Source of the DNA: Glaucostegus cemiculus
Lineage: Eukaryota
Direction: 5' to 3'
Assembly: GCA_976551045.1 (NCBI GenBank)
Contig: CDPCPM010000681.1
Location: 1 to 64,000, forward strand
DNA: 64,000 bases
The position numbers and the translations under genes are program-made. This document shows positions 48,116 through 61,910 of this stretch, piece after piece (position 1 is the first letter of the stretch; the number at the start of each line of letters is the position of its first letter). The notes under the pieces were generated by a model. That model saw only the letters and a list, made by a program, of their open reading frames with translations. It ran no database searches and was not told the DNA's origin.

Positions 48116-49739
48116 GGGAGCCGGTGAGGGACAGAGGGAAACTGGGGGAGGGGAGGGAAGCCAGGAGGAGACGGAAGGGACAGAACTAGCTTGGGGGCAG
48201 TGGCTGGAGGAAGTGGGTCTCTGAAGGCAGAGAAGGGAAATCAAAAGAACAGGTTTGCTTCATTCCTGTTTGTTACTCGTGCCTCTCGTTTCCTTGTCTC
48301 AGCGCGTACGTCAAATGGAGGGGCATCTACGGCAGGAATCAGTGTCCTTACCAAAATACCCAACACAGCTCCAAAAGACTCAACTCCAAATCACTAACTA
48401 CAGACGTGTGGCATCAGGAAACCCCTCCCAATACCACACTTGGCCCAAGACATCCTCCAATGAAGACCGCATCAACCTTCATTCTCCAAAGGAGTACTCT
48501 TCCTAGTTCAAAGCCACTCTCATCCTTGATAAGATTGACATCAGCTCCACAGCCTCCTCTCATTCCCTCCGCGAATAACCCTGAGTAGACAGGACATGCA
48601 GCAACGGGACGCCCAATAACTGCCGTGCTCTTCCACAGAGAGGAGCTGCAATGGGTTAAACAACTTCCCCTTTTGTATGATTTAACAATATCGGCCATTT
48701 GTACTCAGCATACGTCAAACAGCCAGAGGTGTTTCACCGGAAAATTATCAGCGGGTTTCCCCGCGTGCTCTGGTTTCCTCCCACTTCCCAAACTTGTACT
48801 GCTAGGTTAACTAGTTACCATAAGTTACCCCCGGTGTCGGTGGGTGCCAGGAAGATCAGGGTAGAGTGAATGGCATGTGAGAGTAAGACAGGCTGCAGGG
48901 AAATGAGGGGAAGATGGGAATGCTCTGGTGGATGTCAACATGGAGCTAGTGTGCCGAATGGCCTCTTTCTGTGTAATGGAGTAGCCAGGGAGATAGACTT
49001 TTGGTCATCAAAAGCTTGTCAATGAGATAATGTTTTACAGGTCACCTCAGGAAGAGTGAGGTCTTGCAATGAGAATGGCAGAACGCTGATCCACTGGCCA
49101 CCTCAGCTAAACTGATACAACCCTCATTACCACAGGACACGTGTTCACTAACAGCTGGAGACCCATGACCAACAATGCAGTACCTCAGGATTGAGGAGAG
49201 AACTCCGATCAACAGGCTGTTCCCAGGGACAAGCACTGAGACAAACGTCGGCTGCTGCTGGAAGATCATAAGCTCGGTAAGGACGCACTTTGGTCTGCCT
49301 GAAACTCATTGGTCTTCCACAGTAAGGAGATGCAAATGGAGGCTGCCGCCTGGCACAGCCCAGGATGCAGGAGTACCAGCTGAGGGATGCAGTGAAGCTT
49401 GGCACAGCCAGCACAGAAGCTCTATGGGGAAGGACAACGGTCGAGGGTCTTCCCACCACGGAGGGGCTGGGTGCGGTGTAACATGTCACGGGTGCACAGG
49501 TGACATTGGTGCACTGTACGAGAATGTATTGGTTTGATGGCACAATTGTAAAGATGTGGATCGACTGTATTTCCTGTATATATTTTTCTGAAGTACATTC
49601 TTAAAAATGACTTTGAAAATGAGTCTCATTTCACATACCTCATCTCCTCCAATTTTCTCCCCTCCCTGTATTGCCCAGCTCCCAATTTGGTTTGGGCAGA
49701 TCCTGGCACAGATTTAGGATTGGGTTGGGTGGAGCTATG

Positions 49740-50360
49740 CAGTATCTGGGAGCGGGAACTTCCCAGCAGTGGGAGTTATTTATAGGCCTCCAAACAGTAG
49801 ATCAGGTTATAAATGAGGAAATTAGAGGTGCACGTAACAGACTAGTACAGTGATCATTGCAGCTCTAATCCAATGGGCCAATCAAAGTAGTACCGAGAGG
49901 ATGAATTCCTGGAATGTATACCAGATGGATTTGTTGATTAGTACATTGAGGAACCAAAAGGGAAATAGTTATTTTACAACTAGTACTGTATATAAAGCAA
50001 GGATAATTAATAACAGTAACAGTGTGTTTCAACTTCCTCAATATTTACTGGCACTGTTTTAGTGTGAAAGGCTCAGAAGGGGTGGAGTTTTTAAGAAGTA
50101 TATCCAAGAGAGGTTTTTGAGCTGGTACGGAGACAGTCCTACCAGAGAAGGAGCAGTACCGGACTTAACCTTGGGAATGTTGCCAGGCAGGTGTTTGAAG
50201 TGTCTTTGGGACAGCATTTCAGAGATGGTGGTCCTTGTTTTAAATTCCAAAGTAGTTATGGTGAAGGATAAAGTTGGTCCAGTAATTACAGCTCCAGACT
50301 GAGGGAAGGCAAATTTCAATATCATTAGACAGGATCTGGCGAAAGCTGACTGGCTACTGT
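49740..50360 (+). mobile_element. Decayed CR1 ORF2 endonuclease-region fragments
   Basis: DSPTREGAV.DL.LG..PG and gggaaggcaaatttcaat..attagacaggatctggc. Confidence 0.6.
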
Positions 50361-51334
50361 AACCTACCCCTGGCGTCGGTGGGTGGCAGGCTGGAGCTGA
50401 TGGGCACGTGAGAGCAAGGTGCCAGATGGAGCAGAATATGGAACCGTGAGGGAGAAGGTCAGCCGTGGTCTTGTTGAATGGTGGAGCAGGCTCGAGGGGT
50501 TGAATGGCCCCAATGCTGCTCCCGTTTGTTATGTTAAAGGTGCACATTCAATCCTAGTAGTGACTCAAGGTGCAGCACCATGGACTTCCCATCTTCAAAT
50601 TCTTCTACATTTCCAGTTTGTAACACCCTGAAACCACCTTCAGCCCATGGCACCCACTGGTGAGCATTTCACAAACTCCACGATCACCACCTCACAAACA
50701 CGACTATCGCCACACTTACAAGGCGGAGTGTGAGCACCAGCAGCTGTTTGAGTGTACACCCAGTCCAAGCCTATCCTCACCTGGTGCTCTGGAGAAAGGA
50801 ATCTGTGGTTAATCCTTCACACCAAATTCCCTGGCCAGCCTCTGCTGCCCACTTCACCAGAACAGAGACTGCCTGAGACAGTGAACAGCCCCTCAGTCGG
50901 CAGACTGGCTAAACGTGGAACGGCTGGTCACAGTCCCTGGACCTGTTCTTCCATTCACTTCAATCAGGTCTGATCTACACTCTAACCCCATCTATCAGCC
51001 TTTGTTCCATGACTTAATTCCCTCATCTAACTCTCTCAGGGGTAGAGTTCGGAACTTCCATTTTCCAGACATCTCCCTGAACAGTTTGGATCTAATTTTA
51101 TCCCATGCCTGGACTCTCCCTCCATTGGAAATGCTTCCACTCCAGCTACCCTTCCAACGTCGAAAGGACAGATTCACTTACAATGTTTAAAAGGCGTATG
51201 GACAGGCACTTGGATGGGAAGGGCATGGAGGGACATGGGCATATTGTGCGCAATGGGATTAGTGTAGTTAGCCATCATGGTTGGCATGGACAAGATGGGC
51301 TGAAGGGCCTGTTTCTGTGCTGTACAACTCTATG

Positions 51335-52356
51335 AACTGGCTGGCCCACAGAAGGCAAAGGATGGTTGCTGAAGGGTCGTATTCTGAGTGGAGGTCGGTG
51401 ACCAGTGGTGTACCTCAGGGATCTGTGCTGGGACCCTCACTCTGTGATTTTTATAAACGACCTGGATAAGGAAGTGGAGGGGTGGGTTAGTAAGTTTGCG
51501 GATGACACAAAGGTTGGTGGTGTGGTGGATAGTATAGAGGGCTGTCAGAGGTTACAGCGGGACATAGATAGGATGCAAAGTTGGGCTGAGAAGTGGCAGA
51601 TGCAGTTCAGCCCAGGTAAGTGTGAAGTGGTTCATTTTGTTAGGTCAAATATGATGGCAGAGTATAGTATTAATGGTAGGACTCTTGGCAGTGTGGAGGA
51701 TCTTGGGGTCCAAGTCCATAGGACACTCAAAGCAGCTGCACAGGTTGACTCTGTGGTTAAGGCGGCATATGGTGTATTGTCCTTCATCAATCGGGGAACT
51801 GAACTTAGGAGCCGAGAGGTAATGTTGCAGCTATATAGGACCCTGGTCAGACCCCACTTGTAGTACTGTGCTCATTTCTGGTCACCTCACTACCGGAAGG
51901 ATGTGGAAGCCATAGAGAGGGTGCAGAGGAGGTTTACGAGGATGCTGCCTGGAATGAGGAGCATGCCTTATGAAGGCAGGTTGAGGGAACTCGGCCTTTT
52001 CTCCTTGGAGCAACGGAGGATGGGGGGACCTGATAGAGGTACATAAGATGATGAGAGGCTTTGATTGGGTAGATAGTCAGAGGCCTTACCCCAGGGCTGA
52101 AATGGTGGCCACAAGAGGACACAGGTTTAAGGTGCTGGGGAGTAGGTACAGAGGAGATGTCAGGGGTAAGTTTTTTTACTCAGAGAGTGGAATGGGCTGC
52201 TGGCAACGGTGGTGGAGACGGATATGATAGGGTCTTTTAAGAGACTTCTGATACATGGGAGCTGAGAAAAATAGAGGGCTATGGGTAAGCCTAGTAATTT
52301 CTAGGGTTTGTGCGCCGAAGGGCCTGACTCATGCTACAGGTTTTCCATGTTTCTAT
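51335..52356 (+). mobile_element. CR1 LINE, RT domain to 3' end (frameshifted)
   Basis: VTSGVPQGSVLGP, FINDLD, KFADDTK, LQRDIDR..WAEKWQM, LYRTLVRPHL. Confidence 0.92.
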
Positions 52357-52569
52357 CCCGTGACCTCATTCCGACTGTCCCTTAACCATTGCCATTGAAG
52401 GGAATGAAAACCTGGGCCATCAGCCTCAGAAATCACGAAGCAGCTATCAAATTTCAAAGTGCAAAAACTAACCAAAAGTATTAATGTTAATTCTAATGTA
52501 ATAATTAGCCTCTGCTTTTAGAAATAGATCTGCACACCTGTGCTCAGGTATGGTCCAGTGGAAAACATT

Positions 52570-52910
52570 CCAGATCTGAAGGGTTTGGGTTCAGAGGGTA
52601 GAGCAGCAGAATTCACACTGACACCATCGTGTGTGCACTCGGGGAGCCCAGCACTGCCACGGGTGCCACCTTTTGGATAAGACAGTCCCTGTCTGCCTCA
52701 GTATAAAAGATCCCACAGCATTATGTTGAAGAGCAAGGGAGGGGAATCCATTAGTTAAGACCACCAAAAGGCAGCACCTGGTCACTAACAAACGGTGTTT
52801 GTGGAGCTTGCAGTGGGCAGACTGGCCGTCCAATGTCTTACCACATCGGCACTCCATTAGCTGTCTTCTATCTTAGGGTCAGAAAGAGAGTCTTAGAAAC
52901 GCAAGTCTGT
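52570..52910 (+). mobile_element. Old Deu-domain SINE (SacSINE1/AmnSINE1-like); partial copy also at about 58830-58985
   Basis: gggtgccaccttttggataagac..ctgtctgcc..taaaagatcccacagca..gaagagcaaggg..tgtttgtggagcttgcagtg in Deu-domain order. Confidence 0.7.
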
Positions 52911-53448
52911 GTTCCTAGTGCTATATCAGGTTGCCGGAAGTACCCCTGGCATTAGAGCTCACATGGAAATAACAGACTACGTAGCTAAATATTAAAATGA
53001 TTCATTTTAAGCATTCAAAATGCAACTTCAGGGACCAAACAACCCATTGGGAGAACATCTGGAAATTAGAGCTCGTCACCACATTCCAACCAAACCCATC
53101 ATCACTGAGTACCAAAACTAAAATATAAAGACCGTGCATATTTCAGTCCATAAAATGCACTGAGTGCCTGGATTTTGCTCCTTGGTTTTCAGATATTGAC
53201 AGAGGAACTTCTACACTATTCCAAGTAAATTTAATTTCCTGTTTATTCCACATTCCATCAGAAAAACATTGAGCAGCCTATATTGCCTCCTGAAATATGG
53301 GTAGGATCTGGTTAAACTCCTTCAGCTTACTTGCTAATTCCAAATGGATTTTCATGAGCCTGGCTTCCAACACACATGATGTCAGCGTCAAACTCCAAGC
53401 AGAACTTCGGTACAACATTAGCTCTAACTGTTTCATGCCAATACTTAC

Positions 53449-53548
53449 TGCCGTCAGGGTTGGGTGCTGATAGGATGATACTGTGCTTTTTCTTCACTTC
53501 TTCCACATTGTCAGAAATGCGATCAATGTACCCCCGGATTTCCTCAAC
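53449..53548 (-). CDS. STX2: Syntaxin-2 exon 3 ([33 protein letters not shown]; Habc helix a)
   Basis: 100 nt, cag|...|gtaagt; [10 protein letters not shown] as in STX2. Confidence 0.96.
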
Positions 53549-54069
53549 CTGTAAAACAAACCTTGCCTTCAGTTATGGAGTCTGCTCACACATCCACCGA
53601 CACAAGTCACCAACACAGAATGCCAAAGACAACTAGATTGCACGTTTACACACAGTTCCTCTCAGCTAGGTTTCCACTGTTGAGCCTCTGCCAGAGCAGC
53701 TTTTGGATTGGACAAGCTTGTGTATCATTCCTTACAGGGCTGAGAACCTGCCCCAATCAGACGGTGCATTTAAACAGGACTGGGACTCCCAACAGCAAGC
53801 TTGGTGCTCCACCAGAGGTGTGCTGATGACAAACACTTGGGAACATCCTCCTCACTGATGGACTTTACCCAGCACAAAGCTACAGCAGTACTGGGTCAAC
53901 CTGCCCACAATTCTCAATCTGAGGTGTGTGAAATGACCAAACGTCGACAGCTGAGGAAACAAAAATCCACTACAGTGCAGAGGTTTTCTGAGTAGGAAAG
54001 GGCCACAGTTATTCTATAAAGCTGCTGCCAGCCATCACAATCTGGCCTATCCACCTATAACAATCGGTG

Positions 54070-55105
54070 TAAGTATCATGTGTAGCTTGTCCTGGTCCAA
54101 CCACGTAAAGCCCATCAGGGCAAGAACGTCCAGGCTGAACAATAGCTTCTTTCCGCAAGCCATAAGAACTGCAAACTCTCTCATCCCTCCATCTTCCTTT
54201 GTTAACACTAGGAGATGCTAGGTGCACAGAAATGCACCAGCACTTTAAATGCCTGACACCAGCCCGTTCACTTTAAGATCTATTTATGTAAGAACTAATG
54301 AGTAATGTTTTGTACTGTGTATTCTGCCAAGTGTGTATGTGTCTCTCTGTTGGTTGTTATGTTATTCTTTTCTATGAGACGTGTTCCTGTGGAGGACGGT
54401 ATCTCGCTCCTATGCGTACCATGTATGTATATGGTTGTGACAATAAAACTGATTCTGATTCTGATTCTGATTCTGATCTCCAAGAAAGCATACTGGCACC
54501 TCTACCTCCTCAGAAGGTTAAGGAAATGTCCCTTTTGAAACTCACCAACTTTTACAGATGTACCATAGAAAGCATCCTATCCAGATGTATCACAGCTTGG
54601 TATGGCAACTGCTCTGCTCAGAACTGCAAGAAACTGCAGAGAGTTGTGGACACAGACCAGTCCATCACACAAACCAGCCTCCCCTCCATGGGCTCTGTTT
54701 ACACTTCCCACTGTCTTAGGAAAACAGCCAACATAACCAAAGATCCCTCCCACCCAGGCCATTATCTCTCCTCTCCCATCCCATCACTCAGAAGATACAA
54801 AAGCTTGAGAACACGTACCACCAGGCTCAAGGACAGCTTCTATTCCGCTGTTATAAGACTATTGAACGAAGCTCTTGTACGATAAGGTTGAAATCTTGAC
54901 CTTTCAGTCTGCCTCATCGTGGCCCTCGCACCTTATTGTCTACCTTCATTGCACTCTCTCTGTAGCTGTAACACTATATTTTCTGCATCCTGTTATTGAG
55001 TTTCTCTTTGTACTACCTTGGTGTCTTTTGTTTTGTGTGCCATCCAGACAGATCATTTCAAAACACAAGTTTTTCACTGTATCTTGGTACATGTGACAAT
55101 AATAT
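54070..55105 (+). mobile_element. Older Rex1/Babar LINE, subfamily C, interrupted by a young subfamily A 3' end
   Basis: LSWSNHV before the insert and KKAYWHLYLLRRL..FYRCTIESILS.CITAWYGNCSA after it; tail tttcactgtatcttggtacatgtgacaataa. Confidence 0.82.
54114..54477 (+). mobile_element. Very young Rex1/Babar subfamily A 3' end
   Basis: Almost identical to 55691-56048; (GATTCT)n tail. Confidence 0.9.
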
Positions 55106-55132
55106 ATGAATTTCTAATTACCAACTGCCTAC

Positions 55133-55207
55133 CTGTTGGAAGAACTCATCCATGAAATGATCTTTCTCCACAGTAATCGTCACTTCATCTTCATAATTGT
55201 CTTTGTA
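55133..55207 (-). CDS. STX2: Syntaxin-2 exon 2 (YKDNYEDEVTITVEKDHFMDEFFQQ)
   Basis: 75 nt, tag|...CAG|gtaggc, phase 0-0; VEKDHFMD is characteristic of STX2. Confidence 0.95.
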
Positions 55208-55263
55208 CTATATACAGACAGAAAAAAAATCAGCAAACAGTAAAAGTAAATTCTCAAAGGAAC

Positions 55264-56048
55264 CAACGGGTCTGCTGTGGAACAAGTACGCAGCACCAGG
55301 TTCCTGGGGGTGCACATCACCGACGACCTGACCTGGTCCACTAACATTACGGCCCTCACGAAGAAGGCTCAGAAACGCCTCTACTTCCTGCGGAGACTGA
55401 GGAAAGCGTACCCACACCCCTCAGTCATGAAATCCTTCTACAGGGGGACCATTGAGAGCATCCTAACTCAATGTATCTCTGTTTGGTTTGGAAGCTGCTC
55501 AGCTGCTGGGCGGAAGTCCCTCCAGAAGATAGTTAAGGCTGCGGAGTGGATCATAGGTGTCTCGCTTCCATCCCTCGCAGACATATACAAAGAACGTTGT
55601 GTGAGGAAGACAAAAAGCATAATGGCCGACCCCTCTCACCCCTCCCACCACCTCTTCACAATTTTGCCATCAGGGAGGAGGCTTAAATGTATCAGGGCAA
55701 GAACGTCCAGGCTGAACAATAGCTTCTTTCCGCAAGCCATCAGAACTGCAAACTCTCTCATCCCTCCATCTTCCTTTGTTAACACTAGGAGATGCTAGGT
55801 GCACAGAAATGCACCAGCACTTTAAATGCCTGACACCAGCCCGTTCACTTTAAGATCTATTTATGTAAGAACTAATGAGTAATGTTTTGTACTGTGTATT
55901 CTGCCAAGTGTGTATGTGTCTCTCTGTTGGTTGTTATGTTATTCTTTTCTATGAGACGTGTTCCTGAGGAGGACGGTATCTCGCTCCTATGCGTACCATG
56001 TATGTATATGGTTGTGACAATAAAACTGATTCTGATTCTGATTCTGAT
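55264..56048 (+). mobile_element. Very young 5'-truncated Rex1/Babar LINE, subfamily A
   Basis: Open ORF 55277-55798 nearly identical to the 43.7-44.3 kb copy; AATAAA and (GATTCT)n tail. Confidence 0.92.
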
Positions 56049-57164
56049 GTTCAGTGCCTTTGTTGTCTGCACGTTTCTCTGACCCAGTTTGATTTACCTT
56101 CAATCAATTCATTGTCGGACTTCAAAACCAATTTATTCCAGACCCCGAACTTTCTATTTTTACCCTACATTCCAATACTCTGGCTGTGTTCCTCACCACT
56201 TTATCCCATCTTCTGGAGACGAGGACATCCACAGCTCAAACAGCTTCACTTTGCCTTTCTTTCCAAATCAACATCCTATTCCCTGGAAAGGGAATCGGTG
56301 ACCGAAAGCCAGAGTAAAAATAAGAGCCAAGAAGGTAGGGACAACGTTCAACTCTCTTCCACAAATGGCTATTAATGCAGGTGAGTTGTTAACTCTGCCA
56401 TTGAATCAGATGTAGGATCACTGCAGCTACCCAAATGAAATAATATCTCTAACGGCAATACTGAGAAAGTAATCCAGCTGACCTTGCATTTACTAACCGT
56501 GTCAGACACATCTGGCTGTGAAAGGTTAGGTGGAGTGACAGGTCACCAGAGGATCCAGGACAGAGCAGGTAGGGCGGCACGGTGGTGCAGCTGGTGACCC
56601 AGGTATCCTGACCTCCAGTGCTGTCCGTGCAGAGTGTACACACTCCCTCCACGGCAGGGCAGAGTGCTCCAATCCAAAGACTTGGCCGGTATTGTGGGGG
56701 GAGAGACAGGAAGGAGTGGGTGGATGGGATGATGGGACACAAGACCTTCACACCAACATCCGGTCTCATTCTCTGCTCGTCATCATGACCAATTTTACTT
56801 CTAAGTGCCCTTGTGATGGTGGAGGATTTCTGCAAGATGAACGGAGCACTAGAAAACACGCCTGAACAATTATCTGGCGCCTTGGCCCGTTCACACTGGG
56901 AGCACTGTGTGCCGTGCGGTCTCCATGCCCAAAACAGCACAGACTTGCTTCAGAGTGTTGTTGGGATGGCAGGTCTGTAACGAGGAGAGACTGGGGAGAC
57001 TAGGTATGTGTTCCCTTGAGTGCTAAAAAATGAGAGGCGAGCTCACTGAAATGTACAGAATTCTTTGTGAGCCCAAGAGGTAGGTGGGGGGTGGGGGGGA
57101 GGGATATTTCCCCATCATGCGGGAAGAGGACTAGGCCAGTTAGGGGTGAAATGAGGAGGAAGTT

Positions 57165-57460
57165 AGAACAATGAGCAGTACAGGCCCTTCGGTCCATGAT
57201 GTTATATAAACCTACTCCACGATCAGTCTAACCCTTCCCTACCACACAGCCCATAACTCAACATTTTTCTTACATCCATCTGCCTATCTAAGAGTCTCTT
57301 AGATGTCCCTGTTGTATCAGCCTCCGCTACCACCACCCCTGGCAGTGCATCCCAGGCACCCACCACTCTGTGTAAAGAACCTACCTCTGACATCTCCCCT
57401 GAACTTTCCTACTCTGATCTTAAATGGATGTCGTCTGGTACTGGCCATTGCCGCTGGGCT
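57165..57460 (-). mobile_element. CR1 LINE 3' end
   Basis: caggcccttcggtccatgatgtt tail and cccaggcacccaccactctgtg. Confidence 0.7.
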
Positions 57461-59109
57461 GAGCAGGGGGTAAGGGACGTCCAGTGGATGGATATGGAAT
57501 CAGTAGTCCTGCTCAGAATAGGGCAGGATCTCTGTGACGTTTACTCAGTGGGTGCAAAACAAGCCACAATCAGACCTGGGGTTGGGATAAAATTATCCCT
57601 GTCAATTTTCCAAATGATGACTTGGGAAAACTGGCGAGGATGCACAGCCCAAGAGAATGTTGTAAATTTCAATTACATCACTGAAAACTTGCTTTCAGCC
57701 AGGTCTTGGCAACAGCTGAAAAACACAAACAGATCTGGCGCTCGGCTGAGGAAAGTTGCAGGCACTTGCCAACAATCACATGGACTCATCGGGTGCTTGA
57801 CTGCAGGAAGATAAATGATTCAATAAAACTTCATCTTCAGCTCGTGGCCTGGACTCCACTGGGACATCCAGCCTGACCCCAGTACGGGACCACAAACATT
57901 CATACTCCCTAACATTAAAACATCGCTTTTGGCAGTGTTGAGGTCACAGGAAATGAAATGGAAAGAAACTCAAGTAAAAACAAGGCAACTTTCTTTAGCA
58001 GTTTAAACGTGACACTGCTGTGCTCTTTACTCAAAACTTTGAAGCTCATCAGATCTTATCGCAAAATTTCTCCACCCAACTGTATTTTGTTGTTCTTTCA
58101 AGTGGTCCAGCTTAGCAGAGCAGGATCAGCAGAGCAGGCTGTAACAGTGCCAAGAACAACATGAAGGTCCGATTCACCAAACACCACAGCGTGCACCAAG
58201 TTCAAATTCACAATAGTGCACATTTCAGAAACTCTGCCAACTTCAACATTTTCACTAGATTAGTCCAAGATGTATTGAAAAGTTGTAGATTTTTCTATTA
58301 CTTGCTACAGAGTATTTATATAAAAGACAAGTGGTGCCACCCTTGCATTTTACCATTTGGGTTGCCCTCAGCAGTACCAGATGTTCTGTCCTGTCCATAA
58401 CATGAAGACCAGGGTTAGAGCAGGGCGCACCACAAGGCAAGGGCACTCATTCACTTGGCTCCCAGTTTCAGGGGAGGACACGGTTCTGGTTTTGGGGAGG
58501 AACTTGCCCACAAGTCTTGGAATGGCTACGGGACTGCAAGCCACATTATACAGATGTCAAAGACAGACTCCGTTAAAGCAGGAAAGAGGGACAAGTAGCT
58601 AATCCCAGAGTTTGGCACCTTGACACATGAAGGCAGGGCCACCAACATGGGTGAGGCAGGCAGTGGAGGAGCTCGGGGTTGTAGATCGTGTAACTGAGCA
58701 GAAGGTCCAAGGCTGGACTCCTGGCCAGAGCTGAGGTCTGTCTGAGCAATGCATTTGATGATGTGATGGGGAAGGAGGGAGGCAAGGTGAACCAGTACAC
58801 AAGGGAAGGTACACAAGCAGTCGAAATTAACTCAGAAGCACCACCCTCAGAATGAGAATTCAAGACCTGGTTGAGAATCCTGAATCTCAGACTAACACCT
58901 GCAGTATTGAGGGCACAGATGAGATGTTAAACTGAGAACCAGTCTCATTCCTCACAGGCAGCTGTGAAACATCCCATGGCTCACCAATATTTACTTTCCA
59001 ATCATATTTAAACATGGATCTATCTACCGGTGTTTGTTGGATCTCACTGTACACTCTGGTACATCCTGAAGCCATTATTGAATAGAATAAATCTGTTTAA
59101 AGACCAGCA

Positions 59110-60550
59110 GATAATTTATAATCAGCTTCACGCTCCAGGATATAGAAGCTTCAGACGTGACAGAGGGGCCTGCAAAAGAAGAAAGAGATTCACACTACCG
59201 AGCAGGAAGAGCATAACAGCGGATATCCTGAGAGACAATATCCTGAGAGATCATCCAATGAGGCCACATGGGTAGAGCTTAGGAATAAAAGGAGATGGGG
59301 GGAGAAACCGCTTTGCCTGGGTTATACTAACGGCCTCCTAACAGTTAGCAGGAATTAAGGAACAGATATGTAGGCAAATTGCAGGAAGGAACAAAAGCAA
59401 GGCTATTGTAGTGGGGGATTTTACCCTTTCCAGTACTGACTGAGATTGCCTGAATGCAAAGGGTTTAGATGGGGCAGAATTTGTTAAGTGCTTTGAAACA
59501 ATATGCAGAGTCCTACTAAAGATGGGACGGTACTCACCCCCATCTTAAGAAATGAAACTGGGCTAGATGGTAGAAGTTTCAGTGCAGGAGCACTTTGGAA
59601 ACAGTAACCATAATTCTCTAGCTTCAAGGTAGTTATGGAAAGGGATAAGGCTGGTCCTCGAGTTCAGGTCTTGACCTGGGGTGGGGTGGGGTGGGGTGGG
59701 GTTGGCTGATTTCAGTACTGTATGAGAGGATCTGGTGAAGGTAGATTGGGAGCAGATGCCTGCAGGTAAAATGGCAGCTGACAAGTGGGAGTCTTTTAAA
59801 AGAGAGTTAGCAAGAGCTCAGGGCCACAATGTTGTGGGAAGGGGGAAAGGCAAAGGTGCCAAGATAGGGCAACTCGAGACAGCCAGGATCAGGTTTGATC
59901 AGGAGAAAAAGCAGGTCTAGGTAACTGTAGCTGTGATGGAGGGAGTCTCCTGAGGAATGCAGTGTGTAGGAGAGACAGCAAAGAAATTAGGAAGGCAAAA
60001 CAAGGGGCAATTAAATATCTTCGGCAAGTAAAGTCCAGGAGAACCCCAAGACATTCCCTAAATATACCATGAGCAAGAGGGCAGCAGGGGAAAAGAGTAG
60101 GTCCCCCAAAGGAGTAATCTGTGCGTGGAGTCAGGGGATGGAGGTGACGTCCGAAATGAACACTTCTCATCTGCATTTACCAAGGAGGAGTTCTGGGAGG
60201 GGTACGTGGCTAATCTGGACCAAGGCAGTGTTAAGGAGGAGGTGTTAGATGTCATGGGATGTACAAGGGTCAATAGGTCCCAGAGCTGGGTGAGATCTAT
60301 CCCCAGGATGTTACTGGAAGCATGGGAGGATGTGATTGTGCTGGAGAGAGTGCAGAGGGGATTTACCAGGATGTTGCCCAGATTGGGGGGGGGGAGGGGG
60401 GGCAGAGGCTTTAATGATGGGGAGAGATTGGAAAGGCTGGGCTTGTTTTCCCTGAAGCAGACCTATTGCAGACAAATGGGATTCGTGTGGTGGGCAAACA
60501 GGTCAGTATGGACATGGTGGGCTGAAGGGCCTGGTTCTGTGCTGTATGAC
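59110..60550 (+). mobile_element. Decayed CR1 ORF2 (endonuclease to 3' end, internally deleted)
   Basis: PGYRSFRRDR, KVDWEQ...WESFK.EL, DVIVLERVQRGFTRMLP...ERLERLGLFSL. Confidence 0.78.
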
Positions 60551-60859
60551 TCCAGTCCTGACAGCATTTGCACACGCATTCCCATGAACATCATCAACCC
60601 AGTGCTGACACACGCGGCAGCCAGCACGAGCTGAGAGTGAGAAACCGGTTATTTTCAGCAAAATACCTTGAGAAAATGAACACCAATCATCTGTAATACA
60701 CCCGATGCTCCTGTTCAAGTATCCCACAGCTAAGCACCGCAGCTAAAAAACACCACACATTCACCGCCCAGTCCTAAACCGCTCATGGAGCCTGGAGTTT
60801 TGCTCACCCACTGACCTCCCAGGTATCATTCACACCGACTTCTGGGCCACTAACACCTG

Positions 60860-61135
60860 TATGTGTTCAAATGACTCCAAGGACTCGTGCCTCCCTAATT
60901 ATCTATAACCTTCTACAGCTCAACAATCCTCAAAGTTCTGGTGCGTTGTTTATTCTCCAGTTCCTGCCTCCCCATCATAGGTGACTGTGCCTTCAAGCTG
61001 ACTTAACCCTCAAATTCTGGAGTCCCTTCCCTACACCATTCTTGCCCCTCTAATTTAAGATTTCTACAATCCTGCTTGAACCCAAGCTTTGGCCACCCTG
61101 CCTGATGACTCTTCTTTGGGAAGCTTCAATCTGTC
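60860..61135 (+). mobile_element. L2-clade LINE 3' remnant
   Basis: ggtgactgtgccttcaagctg..aattctggagtcccttccc (GxRAFS..WNSLP-like). Confidence 0.5.
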
Positions 61136-61141
61136 AAAAGC

Positions 61142-61910
61142 TTGATGAGGGGGTGTACAGGAGTGAGAGAGATCGGCTGGGTGAGTGGTGTCACAACAAC
61201 AACCTCACACTCAACGTCAGCAAGACCAAGGAATTGAGTGTGGACTGCAGGAAGGGGAAGTTGGGAGAACACACACCAGTCCTCATTGAGGGGTCAGCGG
61301 TAGGAAGGGTGAGCTTCAAGTTCCTGGGCATCAGTATCTCCGAGGATCTGTCCTGGGCCCAACACATTGATGCAATCACAAAGGTGGCACGCCAGCGGCT
61401 CTACTTCAATAGGAGTTTGAGGAGATTTGGTATGTCACCAAAGGCACTTGCAAATTTCGATAGGTGTACAGTGGAGAGCATCCTGACTGGGTGCATCACC
61501 TCCTGGTACGGAGGCTCCAATGCACAGGGTCACAAGAGGCTGCAGAGGGTTGTAGACTCAGCCAGCTCCATCATGGGCACAACCCTTCCCACCATCGAGG
61601 ACATCTTCAAGGGGCAGTGCCTCAAGGTGGCAGCATCCATCACTAAGGACTCTCACCATCCGGGACACACCCCCTTCTCATTACTACCATCGGGGAGGAG
61701 GTACAGGAGCCTGAAGACCCACACTCAGTGATTCAGGAACAGCTTCTTCCCCTCCATCAGATTTCTGAATGGTTCACGAACCTATGAACACTGCTTTGTT
61801 ATTCCATTTTTTGGAGCTAATTTTATTTTTGTAATTTACAGAATTTATAGCCGCCATAAAAAAACAAATTTCAGGTCATGTGTCAGTGCTAATAAACCTG
61901 ACTCTGATCT
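61142..61910 (+). mobile_element. Rex1/Babar LINE 3' fragment, subfamily B
   Basis: WCHNNNLTLNVSKTKEL.VD.RK..FKFLGI.ISEDLSW..LLPSGRRYRSL; AATAAA and ctgactctga tail. Confidence 0.88.
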
